Source: Rebecca billardiae RCC1528
Lineage: Eukaryota; Protista; Haptophyta
Reading direction: 5' to 3'
Length of the DNA stretch: 64,000 nucleotides
Assembly (NCBI GenBank): GCA_965240325.2
Contig: OZ251236.1
Coordinates: 1,736,001 to 1,800,000, forward strand
The position numbers and the translations under genes were made by a program. Position 1 is the stretch's first letter. Each line of letters opens with the position of its first letter. Below the pieces are notes generated by a model. It saw only the letters and a list, made by a program, of their open reading frames with translations. It was not told the DNA's origin and did not search any database. Shown here piece after piece: positions 23,638 to 36,283 of the stretch.

Positions 23638-25158
23638 TCACGCGGCGGGCGTCTGCTCTGTCTTCTCGACGGCCCACGCCTTGCAGTCGGCCTTGTGCGC
23701 TTTCCACAGCTCCTTCTGGCACGCGGCGGTGCAGAAGCGCGCGACCGCACAGCCCGTGCACGTCTTGAGCTTGCGCCGCCGCCCGCACGCGAGGCACACG
23801 ACGCTCGCGACCTCGCGGTCCCGGATCCAGCCCTTCAGCTCCGCCCGCGCGGTCTGCGCCAACCTGTCGTCATCCCGCTGCTGCGCGACGCACGCGAGCA
23901 GCTTGGTGCCGCGCAGCTTGTCCGCTGGCAGGTGCGCGGAGCCGGTGAGCAGCGCGCTGCCGAGCTGATGCTGGCACTGCGGGTCGCCCTCAGCCGCGCC
24001 CGCCGCGAGCAGCGCCCACAGCCCCTCGGGGACGTTCTCGCCGCTGCCCTCCAGCGTGCGTTGAAGCCCCACGCACGCCGCCGCCGCGCGCGTGTGGCCC
24101 GCTGCCGCCGCGCGCGCGAGCAGGCCCACCGCCGCGCTGCTGTTTGCGCCCCTGTCCGCGCCGCTGTCCGCGCCCAGCTGCTGGAGCAGCGTCATTGCGT
24201 ACATGAACATGCCGCTCGGCTCGCCCTGCTCGGCGGCGGCGCGGAAGGCGCGGACGGCGGAGGGGCGGTCCGCGGGCAGGTCGTCGGCGCCGCGAGCGAG
24301 CAGCTCGCCCAGCTCCGCCTGCGCGAGGCCCAGCCCCTGCGCCGCCGCCTTCTGCAGCCACGCCTTCGCCTGCGGCGCGTGTGCGGGCCCGCCCTCTCCG
24401 CGCGCCAGCATGCGCCCGAGGTTGTACTGCGCGTCCGCGATCCCGGCCTGCGCGGCCTTGAGGAAGTAGCGCCGGGCCTGCTCCTCGTCCTTGCCCGTGC
24501 CCTCGCCCGAGCGCAGGGCGTTCCCGAGGTTGTACGCCGCCTCGGCGTCGCCCAGCGCGGCGCCTCTGCGCAGCAGCGCGACGGCCGCGGCCGGGTCCTG
24601 CCGCACGCCCTCGCCCGCCTTGGCGGCGGAGGAGGCCAGGAGTCCGGACGCCAAGGCGGCCGGGTCCTGCCGCACGCCCTCGCCCGCCTGCAGCCGCAGG
24701 GCGTAGTTGTTCAGCGCGAGCACCTGGTCCTGCTCCGCGGCCTTGCGCAGCCACGCGGCGCTCTGGGCGGGATCGTCCGCCAGCGTGAGCGACATGTTGT
24801 ACTGCGCATCCGGATGGCCGTGCTCGGCAGCGCGCGCCGTCCAGCGCCGCGCCTCGGATGGATCGGCCCGGACGCCCACGCCGCGCGCGTACGCGTCGGC
24901 GACGCAGAGCTCGGCGTCGACGTGGCCCTGGCGCGCCGCCTTGAGGTACCACTTGAAGCCGTCTTCCTTGTCGATCGGCGCGCCCAGGCCGTGCGTGCGC
25001 GCGTGACCCAGCCGGAACTGGTGCGTCGCGTCGCCGCGCCTCGCGGCCCCGACGTCGCACATGTCTGTGCCCTCGTTGGACTCGGTCACGAGGCGCAGGG
25101 CGTGGAGCGGGCGCATGGCGTCGATGGGCTCGTCGTAGACGATCGGCGGGTCTGCCAT
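23638..25158 (-). CDS. Sel1-repeat protein with C-terminal MYND-type zinc finger
   Basis: Repeated A(Q/A)YNLG..L..GEG...D...A..W..KAA.QG units, followed by CLAC...CTGC...FC...CQKELWKAHKADC. Confidence 0.9.
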   Translation of the reverse strand: MADPPIVYDEPIDAMRPLHALRLVTESNEGTDMCDVGAARRGDATHQFRLGHARTHGLGAPIDKEDGFKWYLKAARQGHVDAELCVADAYARGVGVRADPSEARRWTARAAEHGHPDAQYNMSLTLADDPAQSAAWLRKAAEQDQVLALNNYALRLQAGEGVRQDPAALASGLLASSAAKAGEGVRQDPAAAVALLRRGAALGDAEAAYNLGNALRSGEGTGKDEEQARRYFLKAAQAGIADAQYNLGRMLARGEGGPAHAPQAKAWLQKAAAQGLGLAQAELGELLARGADDLPADRPSAVRAFRAAAEQGEPSGMFMYAMTLLQQLGADSGADRGANSSAAVGLLARAAAAGHTRAAAACVGLQRTLEGSGENVPEGLWALLAAGAAEGDPQCQHQLGSALLTGSAHLPADKLRGTKLLACVAQQRDDDRLAQTARAELKGWIRDREVASVVCLACGRRRKLKTCTGCAVARFCTAACQKELWKAHKADCKAWAVEKTEQTPAA

Positions 25159-25305
25159 GGCCGGCTCGAGCTCTCGGGCGCTCGTCCCAGACTCTTCGGG
25201 AGCGATGTGGGCTTTGAGGGAGGTCTTCGCGTCCCCGCCGATGCCGCCGTTCGTCAGTCCGGCCGCCGCGGTGGCGCGGACGCGCGGTGCCGGAGAGTCC
25301 TGCTC

Positions 25306-26065
25306 ATGGCCTGTGCCGTGCTCGCGCTCGCGACCGCGTCCGCTGTTCGCTTCGGCGCCCCGCCCTCGCTCGGATTCGCGTCGGCTTCCCGCTGCGCCGC
25401 CACCATGTCGGACAAGAAGCAGGTGCTCGTCCCCATCGCCGCGGGCTCAGAGGAGATCGAGGCCGTCTGCATCATCGACACTCTCGTGCGCGCGGGCGCG
25501 CAGGTGACGGTTGCGAGCGTGATGGACTCGCTCGAGGTCACGTGCAGCCGCGGCGTGAAGATCACCGCGGACATGCCGATCGCCGAGGCGGCGGGGAAGC
25601 AGTACGACGCGATCGTCGTGCCGGGCGGCATGCCCGGCGCGGAGCACCTCGCCAACTCCGCGCCGCTCACCGAGCTGCTCAAGGCGCAGGCGACGGGCGG
25701 CAAGCTCACCGCCGCCATCTGCGCCGCGCCCGTGGTCGTGCTGGCGAAGCACGGCCTCCTCGACGGGAAGAAGGCGACCGCGCACCCGGCCTTCTCCGAC
25801 AAACTCCCCGACCAGGGCCCCGTGCCCACGCGTGTCGTGGTGCGCGCCGCGCCGACCCCGGCCAGCCCGCGTGCGCGCGCGGTCACCTCACGCTGCGCGC
25901 GCTCTGCGCCCGCCCGGCGCGCGGCGGGCGCAGGTGGACGGGAACGTGGTGACGAGCCGTGGACCGGGCACCGCGCTCGAGTTTGCCCTCAAGCTCACCG
26001 AGATCCTGTACGGCGAGGAGAAGGCCGCGGCCGTGGCCGGGCCGATGCTGGTGGCGGGCGCCTGA
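25306..26065 (+). CDS. DJ-1/PfpI (ThiJ/YajL-like) protein with N-terminal targeting extension; intron 25840-25933
   Basis: GSEEIE, YDAIVVPGGMPGA, AAICAAP (catalytic Cys), then VDGNVVTSRGPGTA after splicing. An alternative start at 25405 gives MSDKK. Confidence 0.92.
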
Positions 26066-27125
26066 GTGGGCGCCGCGCGGGCCGAGAGTCGTGACGCACG
26101 GACTACGAGTACGGTATACTGGTAGTATGCCGCGTACGTTCAACTGTAGCTAGCTAGCTACGTACATATATATATATATATATATGACCGCGTTCCGCGG
26201 TCCTTCCGTAGAACCAACGTAGTTAGGGGCCCGCGGTGCAACCTTCGTCGGCTGCTGTCGATCAGTCTGACTGACATGGCGGGCCGAGGACTGTCGCCGC
26301 GGGCCGCGCGGCGGGAAGCGCGGCCGCCGGGGCGGCGCGCGCGCGCAGGGCGAGAGGCGCCGCGCGGCGCGGGCTGCGGCGCGTGCGGGCGTGCGGGCGC
26401 ACCTGCTTCGGAGGTGCTCGCGCTGCGCCGCATGCGCTCGACGACGGGCCGCTGGTCGCTCAGCCGGCGCGCCTCGTGCCGGCAGAGCGAGAGCGCGGGC
26501 GCCGCCGACCGTGCCAGCAGTGCCTGCTGGCCGAGTGGCGCGCTCCGCCCTGCACCGCGGGCGGAGTGGAACGAGGCCGGAGCGGCGCGTCGCGCCTGCC
26601 GCCGCGCGTGCGCGCCTGCTCCACCGCGCCGCGCCGTGCTCGCCCGCCGCCTCCTCGTCCGCCACGTCGGCCTCGAAGCCACGGCGGCGGCCAGCCCGTG
26701 GCACGGCAGGCCGTGACAATCGGCAGCCCGTGGCCGTGCGTGCTCGCCGAGTTGCTGCTGCTGCACCTCCGGCGCGGTCGACGACCGAGTTGAGGAGGAG
26801 CTCGCGCTCGGCGTCGAGGAGCGACGGCTCGCGAGCTCGAGCTCGCCCGTTCAGCCGCGCGCTAGCTCCGGGCGCATCCGGCTCATCTCCGCTGCGGCGT
26901 GCCGTCGCGGCGCGCTCCCGTCCTCATTCCAATCAAGCGACGAGCTCGCGTAGTGCTCCGGACTCGGCTCGCCCTTGCGCGCTCCTCCTCGCGCGACGAA
27001 CGCGCCCTCGGGTAGGTTGTTGGGCGCGCGCCGACTCGGCGTGACTCGGCCACGCGGCCCGGCAAGACGACAGACAGACCGGTGGGCGCGCTCGATGAGA
27101 GCGGAGCGCGAGGGCCGGGCGAGTG

Positions 27126-27596
27126 ACGGAGTAGACGCGGGGCCTGCGAGGCGACAGGCGCGCTCGGGGAGAGCAGAGTGCGAGGGCGAGAGGCAGCGGC
27201 CGGCCGGCCCCCGCCACCACCTCGCGCACCGCGGCCGAGTACTGCGGCGGCACGCGCACGCACGGTCCCCGCGGTCCCGGAGTCAATCAAGCACTCACTC
27301 CACGCGTCGCGCGGCTCGCGCCGGCGCGTACCGGCGCGAGTCGTGAGACGGAGTAGACGCGGGGCCTGCGAGGTGACAGGCGCGCTCGGGGAGAGCAGAG
27401 TGCGAGGGCGAGAGGCAGCGGCCGGCCGGCCCCCGCCACCACCGCGCGCACCGCGGCGTCACTGCGGCGGCACGCGCACGCACGCAGCCGCAGGTCCCCG
27501 GTCCGACGGTCAAGCACTCCACGCGTCGCGGCAGGCCCCGCGTCTCACTCCGTCTCACGACTCCGCGCCGGTACCCCGGTACGCGCCGGCCCGAGC
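27126..27596. repeat. Diverged ~220-bp tandem duplication; the second copy is bracketed by a ~55-65-bp inverted repeat (MITE-like)
   Basis: GACGGAGTAGACGCGGGGCCTGCGAGG... starts at both 27126 and 27347. 27314-27369 is the approximate reverse complement of 27531-27596. Confidence 0.8.
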
Positions 27597-28369
27597 ATTT
27601 CGTCTGCGTGCTGTATACGGAGTGATCATGTTTTGTCTGCAGTGCGCCCTCTCGGTCTAGTGGCTTCCGCGGGAACCATGTCCATTTACGACCATGCACG
27701 TTCAACCGTATCGTCGGAAGATTGAACGGGAACCCCCGTGGTAGAATACCCTGCTACTGTAGGACCCCCGTGCACATGCACTTTTAAAAAACACGTCCGG
27801 CCCTGGGTCCGGTTGGTCTCGCCCTCTCGGGCTGGCGACCAAGTTTTGTTCCGCCGTATGAATGGCGGGCTATTTACAACAAATCGCAGCTAGATATTCG
27901 TTCACTACCCAGATATACTGACAAAGGCGCGCCCAGGCTCACGTCTGACGTCCATCGACACTTATGCGGAATGGCGCGGGCGCGCTTATTTCGTCAATCG
28001 CGTAGTTGCTAATGCAGAGCAATGGGCGCCAACGTACCCCTCGAAAAAGCGAAAACTCACCCTCCAACACCCCTCAAAATCGTCCCCCGTCCCCTTTTCT
28101 TTGATCAAAAGATCTTTTTGACAACGTAGTGAGGGCCCCCGGCGGGGCTCCACGCCTACGCGCTCCGCCCTTCACCGCGGGCCATTATATCGATCTGATG
28201 ACGATGCGGACGAGTGCCACTGCCGCCCGCGGGAGTGCGGGCTGCGGCGCTGCGGCACTAACTTACTGATGCTGACGAAGCGGGCTGGAGCCTGGTCTGC
28301 GGCGGGTCATCCGAAACTAGCAGCATACGCTGCGCTACGCTAGTTATCGCAGTAGCTCGTCACGACGTA

Positions 28370-31300
28370 CTAGCTCGGCCTCGGCAGCCGCAGCAGCTGC
28401 GCGTGCGCGGAGACGATGGCGTCCCACGAGAGCCGCGCGCGCGCGCGCTCGCGCGCGCACTCGGCGAGCGCGCGCCGCCGCTCTGCCGCGCCCGAGCCGG
28501 GCGGCGCGAGCAGCGGCGCGAGCTGCTCGGCGGGCGAGGGCATCGCGCCCGCGGCCGCGCGCGCCTCCGCCTCTGCCAGTGGCGCGTCGAGCAGCGCGCC
28601 GCAGCCGCCTCCGAGCAACTCGGCCGTGTGCGGGTCTGGCGTGGCGGCGACGGTCAGCCCTGCCGCCATCGCGCCGCCGACCGCCGCGGCCACGTCCGCG
28701 AGCGGCGCGTCCGCGTCCGCGCCGTCCGCCTCGTCGGCGTCGCCCTCGTCTGCGGCGCGCTCGAGCTCGGCGCCGCTGCGCGTGGGGTGCACCGCCGCGT
28801 GCCCATAGCCCGCGTCGACGCGGAGCGCGGAGGGAGCGGGCGCGCGGCCGCTGCCGTGGTGCGCCCAGTCGTGCGTGTGCGCGGCCTCGAGCACGGAGGG
28901 CGCGCTGGGCGCGGCGCCGGCCTGCACGAGCAGCGCGCGCGCCGAGAGTGCGCCCAGCGGCGCGACGAGGAGGTCCGCCGCTCGGAGCAGCGCGCCAAGC
29001 GACGCGGCGCCGCCGCCGCCCGCGCCCTCCTCCTCCTCCGCCGCCTCCGCCTCCGCGTCCGCGTCCGCCTCCTCCGCCCACGCGCCTCCGGCCGTGGCGG
29101 CGGGCAGCGCGACGAGCCGCAGCGCCGCGCCGGCCGCCGCGGCCGCGCCGAGCGCGCCCGCGAGCGCCGCGCCGCGCTCGCCCCCGCCGAGCGCGGGCGC
29201 GGCGCAGCGCAGCCACGCCGCGACCGTCGGCGCGGCCGCGGCGCGCGCCGCGCCGCCGCCGCCCGGCGCGGGCGGCGCGCACACGCGCGCGCGCCCGTCC
29301 GCGCCGCCGCCGACCGCCGCGCCGCCGACCGCCGCGATGACCAGGGCGGCGCGCGGCGCGAGCGGCGGCGCGGCGTGCGCGCGCGCGAGCGCCGCGAGCT
29401 GCGCGGGCGGCGCGGCGCGCGTGTCCGCGAGCAGCACGCACGGGCGCACGCCGCCGAGGCCGAGCGCGCGCAGCGTGCGCGCGCGCTCGGCGGGCGCGGC
29501 GCCGAGCGCGCCGGCGCAGCCGTCCGTCTCCGCGCCCGCGCCCGCGGCGGCGGCGCGCGCGCTCTGCTTCGGCCCTGGCGGCGCAGCTGGCGCGCGCTGC
29601 TGCGGCGCCGCGTACGGCACGGTCAGCACCGGCGGCAGCGGCGCCGAGCCGGCGGGCGCGGGCGCGTCCAGTCCGAGCGCCGCGCGCAGACTTGCGGCCG
29701 CGGCAGCGGAGGGCGCGACGTGCGCGTAGCACAGCCGGCCGAGCTGGCGCTCCGCCGCGCGCTCGGCGGCGGCGGCGGCGCGCGCGCGCGCGGGCGGCGC
29801 CGGGTGCCACACGCACAGCGCGGGCACGCGCAGCCGGCGCAGAAGGCACGCGGCCAGCGCGCCGCCGCCGCCGCCGTACGCGCCGCGCACGACGTGCAGC
29901 ACGACCGCGCCCGCGGTGCGCGAGGCGTAGTCAGCGAGCGCGTTGTAGTCGCCCGCGGAGCCGCGGCGCAGCGTGCGCACGCGCGGCGCGGGCGCGGCGG
30001 CGGGCGTCGCGGCGGCTTGCTTGCGCCCGCCGCGCCCGTCCGCGTCGGCGGCGCCCTCCACCGTGTCCGCCTCGCCCTGCAGCGACAGCGCCACCTCCAC
30101 GCGCACCGCGCCCGCAGAGCCGGCCGCGCCCGCCGCGCCGAGCGCGGCGCCCATGCGGTCGGCGAGCGCGAGCGCGTACGAGGCCGCGGCGCGCACGGCC
30201 GCGGAGCCGCCGCTCACGCGCGTGGCGGTGGGCGTGATCACGAGCACCGCCCGCGCACCGCCGTGCGCGGGCGGCTGCGCGCTCGGCGGCTGCGCGGGGC
30301 AGCGCTCCCCGTGCGCGAGCGCGTAGCACGCGCGCAGCACGCCGCTGCCCGGCACGCGCGCCAGCCCTGCGCAAGGCGCGGTGGGGGGCGGGGCGGGGCG
30401 GCGGCGGCGGCGGCGGCGGCACAGCAGCGCAGCGGCACGGCAGCAGCGGCAGCGGCGGTGGGTGCGGTGGGTGCGGCGCAGCGTTGGCGGTGGGTGCGGC
30501 GGCGCGCGCGCGGCGCGCGGCGCGGCGCGGCGCGGCGCGGCGCGGCGCGGCGCGGCGCGGCGCGGCGCGGCGCGGTGCGGCGCGGCGCGGCGCGGCGCGG
30601 CGCGGCGCGGCGCGGTGCGGTGCGCACCGAGCCAGTCGTCACGCACGCCCACGCCGCGCGGTGGCCGCCAGCGCGAGGTGTTGGCCGCGGAGGCGGCGGC
30701 GCGGCCGAGCGCGGCGGCGAGCGCGCGCGACGCCGTGTCGGGCGCCGCGGCCGCATCGGCCGCGCGGCGCGCGCGCGCGGCCGAGCCGTGCACCGCATAC
30801 CAGCACGCGCGCGCGCCCTCGTCCGCTGCGGCCGGCCCGAGGGCGCGCGCCTCCGCCGCACCCTCCGCCGCCGTTGCCGCCGGCGCCGGCGCCGGCTCCG
30901 CCGGTGCGGGCTGCGCGCCGAGCAGCGCGAGCAGCGCGGCGCCGAGCGCGGTGGCGTTGAGCACCTTGCGCGCGCCGTCCGCCGCGCTGTTCGCCAGCGC
31001 GCCGCCCGCGCGCTCGCGCGCCGCCGCCGCCGCCGCCCTGAAGGCGAGTGGGAGCGCCACGTCTGCCGCGCGGCCCGCCAGCTGGGCGAGGGCGGAGCAG
31101 TTGGGGCCGAGCAGCGCGACGCCCGCGCCCGCGGCCAGCGCCACGCCGTCCGCCTCCGCGGCGCTGAGCGCGCGCGTGTCGCAGTGCGGCAGCACGTGCG
31201 CGTGCGCGCCCACCGCCGCGCCCTCCGCGCCGCCCGCCACCGCCGAGTCCACCACACGCAGCCACGCGGGCGGCGCGGCGCGCGCGCACCCGCCGCCGCA

Positions 31301-31664
31301 CCCGCCGCCGCCGCCGCGCGCGAGCAGCGCGGCCGCCATCGCGCGCACCAGCTCCGCGTCCGCGCCCGGTGGCGCGATGAGCGCGAGCGAGGCGGTGCGG
31401 TGCGGCGCGGGCGCGGCGCCGCCGGCCGCGCGCCGCCGCCTGCGCGCCGTGTCGGCCGCCCCCGCCGCCGCGTTTGCATGCTCCACCGCGCGCAGCAGCA
31501 CTCGCAGCGCGCGCGCGTTGGCTGCGGGCAGCACTGCGCTCAGTATGAGGGGGGGCGGCGCGGCGCGCTCGGCGGCGGGCTCGGCGTCGGCGCCGCTGGC
31601 GTCGGCGTCGGCGCCGCCGTCCTGCTCGCCCGCCGCCGCGCCCGCCGCGTCGGCGCCCCCCTCC

Positions 31665-31699
<35 letters not shown>

Positions 31700-34600
31700 T
31701 CCGCCGCCGCCGCCGAGCAGCAGCGGCGCCGTGGCGCCGCCCGTGCCGAGCAGCGCGGCGCCGCCCGCGTCCACAGCGCCGACGGCCGCGACGCGCGCGC
31801 GCGGCAGCCCGGCCCTGGAGAGCGACAGCGCGTGCCACCTGCTGCCCAGCCACACCTCGTCCAGAGAGCCGAGCAGCGCGCCCAGCTGCGCGCTCAGCGA
31901 GCCCGCGTCCGCGGCGGCGGCGGCGGCGGCGGCTGACGTGTGCGGCGGCAGCAGCGGCGGCGCGCGCGCGAGCCAGCCGACCACGGCCCCCCACGCGTCG
32001 CAGCGGCTGAGGTCGGCGCCGATGGCGTGCGCGTCCGAGCCGTCCCACAGGGCGAGAGACGGCAGACCCGTGCCCTGCCCCACCGCGCCGCCCTGCGCGC
32101 GCGCGTGCGCGAGCGCGCGCGCGAGCGCGAGCGCGTCGTGCGCGGACGCGGGCGCGCCGCCGCCGAGGCCGCGCGCACACGCGCCCAGCAGGGCGCCCGG
32201 CTCGTCGTCCGCGTCGTCCGCGTCGTCGGCGTCGGCGTCGGCGTCGGCGGCGTCGGTGTGCGCCCGCCACGCGCGCGCAGACGGCGCCGCCTCCTCCGCC
32301 GCGCTCGGCGCACGCGCTGCGAGCGTAAGTGGAGTGGCGCGCCACACGGCGCCGAGCGCGCCGCCGCCGCCCGCGCGCGCGCGCTCGGCCGCGGCCGCGG
32401 CCACGGCCGCGGCGCGCGCGCGGCCGCGGAGCACGCCGCCGGCCGCGCCGCCGGCGCTGGCGAGCGGCACGTACCAGCGCACCGCGCCCACCTCCGCCTC
32501 CGCCTCCGCGCCGCCCGCGCCCGCCGCCGCCGCCGCCGCGCCCGCCGCCGCCTCGAGCTGCGCGCGCCACCGCGCAGAGAAGCGCGACACGGCGGCGGAC
32601 AGGGAGGGGGCGCGCGCGCCGCCGTGCTCGGCGCCGTCGGCTGCCGCGCCGCCCTCGTCCGACGTCGCTGCGCTGGCGAGGCCCGAGTCGGCCACGCCGT
32701 CCGCGCCGTCCGCGCCGGCGCCGCCCACGCCGCCGCGCCCGTCCGCGCCGCCCACGTGGCCCGCGTGCGCGGCGTGCGCCGCGGCGCGCGCGCTCGCCCG
32801 CGCGGCCGGTCGGAGCGCCACCGCGTGCGGCGCCAGCAGGACAGAGGTGCGCGTGCGCGCGGCGCGCGCCAGCGCGCGGTCCGCGACCGCGGCGGCGGCG
32901 CGCGCGCACGCGCCCGTGCGCGCGCGCAGCGCGAGGTCGGCGTCGGTGAGCGCGCCCGCGCCGCCACCCCACGGCCGCGGCGGCGCGGCCGCGGCCGCGC
33001 CGCCGGCGGCGCCGCCGCGTTGGCGCGCGTGGCCACAGCGCAGCCCTCCGCTCGGGTCGAGCGAGACGTCGAGGCCGCCGCAGCCGACGAAGACGGGGGC
33101 GTAGACGAGCGCCGCGCCGAGGTACACCGCCGAGACGTTCAGAAGCGGCGCGTGCTCGGGCGGCCCCTCGCCCACCGACGGCGGCGCCGCCCACAGCAGT
33201 GCTGCGCCGACGCCCGGCGCCGCGCCGCCGCCGGGCCGCGCGCCCGGCGCCGCGCCCGCGCCCGCCGGCGTTGCGCGCGCGGCGTGGAGGGGCGCGGCGG
33301 GCACGCCCCACGGCGCGCCGGCGCGGTGCGACGGCTCGTGCCGGTGCCCCCACGCCAGCCCCAGCTCGGCCTCCACCGGCATCACCGTGCCCGCCGCGCG
33401 CCACTCCGCGACGGCCGCGCCGCCGCCGCCGCCGCCCGGCCGCGCGGCCCAGCGCGCGCTCGGCGCGTGCGCAAAGCCGAGTGCGCCGTCCCACCCCGCG
33501 CCGTCGGCGTCGACGACGCGCGCGCCGATCGCGAGCGCGCCGTCCGCCGCGCGGCTGAGCAGCGCCGCCTGCAGCGCCGCCCCCGTGCTGGGCAGCAGCG
33601 CCACGCCCACGTCCACGACGAGCACCCAGCACCCGTCGCACCCGCCGCCGCCGGCCGCGCCGGCCGCGCCGCCGCCGCCGCCGCCGTCCGCGCCGCCGCC
33701 CGCGGCGTCGGCGGGCGCGTTGGCGGGCAGCGCGGCGTCCTGCAGCAGCGCGTTGAGCAGCGCGGCGCGCGGCGCGCGGCGCACGCACGCCCACCCGCCG
33801 CCGCCCTTCCCGCCGCCGCCCGCCGCCCGCTGCCTCCGCACCGCCACGCGCGCGCCGCGCGCGCGCAGCGCGCGGCCGAGCGCGCTGCCCGCGCCGAGCG
33901 GCGGCGCGGCGCCGGGCTCGACCTCGCCGACGAGGACGGCGGTGAGGTTGCACAGGCCGGAGAGGTGCGCGGAGGCGAGCACGCGCAGCGAGGCGCGCAG
34001 CGCGCCGCCGCCGGCGCGGCTCGCGAGCAGCACCGCCGCGACGCCCGCGCGCGCGCCGGCGCGCGCGGCGGCGGCGGCGGTGGCGGTGCGCGCGGCGCGC
34101 GCGATGCACGCGCGCGCGCCCGCCGCCGCCATTGCACTTGCAGCCGCCTCCATCGCCGCGCCCGCGGCGGAGGCGCGGCCCGCCGCGCCCGCCGCGTCGC
34201 TCGCGCTCAGCGCCGCGTCCGCCGCGTCCGCCGCCGCCGCGCCCGCCTCGCCCGCCTCCGCCGCGCGCGCCGCCACCTGCGCCGCCCACGACCAGAAGGG
34301 CGGCGGCGCGGGCCGCGCGATCGCGGCGGCGAGCCGCGCGCCGAGTGGCGCCGCGCCGCCGCTGCCGCGCGCGCCGTCGGCCGAGCCGACGGCGGCGGAG
34401 CGCGCGGCGCGCGGCAGCGCGTCCGGCCCGCGCCCGCCGCGCGGCGCCGCGTCCGCCGGCTGCGCCGCGCCCATCAGCGCGCGCACGTGCCCGGCGGTCC
34501 ACGCGCTGCCCGCGCCGAGCAGCGCGCCCGCGCACGCCGGCCACACAGACACGGCAGCGCGCGCGCCGCCGCGCCACGCGGCCTCGTCGTCGAGCTGCTC

Positions 34601-34919
34601 CGCGCCGGCGGGCTCGTCGTCCGCGCGCTCGAGCGCGAGCGCCGTCGGCAGCGTGACGGTCAGCGCCGCCGCCGCCGCCTCGGCGCGCGCGCACGCCGTC
34701 TCCCTCGCGCGCGGCCGCGCGCCGCCGCCCGCCGCGTGCGCCGCGCGCGGCAGCGGCAGCGCGGCGCCGTCGAGCGCGCCGCCCGCGCCCGCCTGCGCGG
34801 CGAGCGCGCCGTTGAGCCAGAGCGTGAGCCGGCCGCGGAGCAAGCCGCCGTCGAAGCTGAGCGCGACGTGGGTGGGCGCGTTCAGTGCCGAGCGCGCGCG
34901 CGCCCACAGCTCGACCCAC

Positions 34920-34955
<36 letters not shown>

Positions 34956-36250
34956 GCGCGCGCGCTCGCCGCGGCCGCGGCCGCGCACGCCGCGCGCGCG
35001 CCCAGCACGCCGCTCGCCGCGGCGGCGGCCGAGCAGTTGGCGAGGAAGAGCGACGCCGCGCCCGGCGGCAGCGGCGCGTGCGCGGCCTCGAGCGCCACGC
35101 CCGCCCCGAACCGCCGGCTCCGCCCGTCCCAGATGAGGCACAGCGCGAGCCCGGCGCACGGCGCGCGCGCGCCGCGCGCGCCGCCCTTGCGCGCGGCCAC
35201 GCCGAGCAGTAGTGTGCGCTGCTGCTGCGGCTGCGCGGACGGCGGCGCCTCCGCCTCCTCCTCGGCGCCGTCGTCGGCCGCGCCCGCCGCCGCCGCGCCC
35301 TCCGCGCCGGGCTCGCCGCCGCCGCTGGTCGCGCTGAGCAGCACCCACACCGCGGCGCTCAGCCGCTGCGCGCTGCCCGCGCCGCCGCCAGAGGCCGGCG
35401 GTGCGCCGCCGTCGTCGGCGCCGCCCTCGTCTGCGCGCTCGGAGCCGCCGAGGCCGTCGGGCGCGAGCGCGAGGTCCCAGAGCGGCTGCGGCGCGCCCTC
35501 CGGCGCGCGCGCGCGCGTCGCCGCGCCCACGTCGGCAGCAGCCGCATCATCCACGCCCCCGCCCCCCTCCGCCTGCGGCTGCGGCTGCGGCTGCGGCTGC
35601 GGCTGCGGCTGCGGCTTCGGCTGCGGCTGCGGCTGCGGCTGCGGCTGCGGCTGCGGCTGCGGCTGCGCGCTCAGCCAGCCGCCGAGCATGGCGCGCACAA
35701 CGGCACGGCCAGAGAGCGCGCGGCCCCAGCTGCGCGCGAGCGCGACGTGCGCGCGCGGGAGCGCCGGCGCCGCGTCGCACGCCAGCAGCGGCGGCGCCGG
35801 CGCCGCGCCGTCGGCCGGCGCGCCCGCGAGCGCCGCGCACAGCCGGCGCTCGGCCGCGCCGCCGTGCGGCTGCGTGCGCGCGCGCCGGCCGTGTGTGTAC
35901 GCTGCGAGGCTGCACGTGGCCGCGTCGAAGGAGAGCGCGATGTGGTCCCACCCGCCGCCGAAGGGCACCTCGCCGAAGCGCACGACCGCGCCGCCCTCGC
36001 CGCCGCCGCCCGCCTCCTCCTCCTCGCCGCCGCCGCTGCCGAGCGCGGCGCGCAGACTTGCCAACGCACCGCGCGCGCTGCGTGCGCGCGCGCCAGCCGC
36101 GGGCGCGTGCACGTGCAGCTCGTACGCGCCGCCCTCGCCCACGCGCACGTCGAAGCGCCCGTGCGCGTCCGCGAGCACGCACGCGCGCGCATAAGCCTCG
36201 CCGTCCAGCCGCGCCCACGCCTCGACCGCAAAGCCGCCATCGCCGTCGCC

Positions 36251-36283
<33 letters not shown>

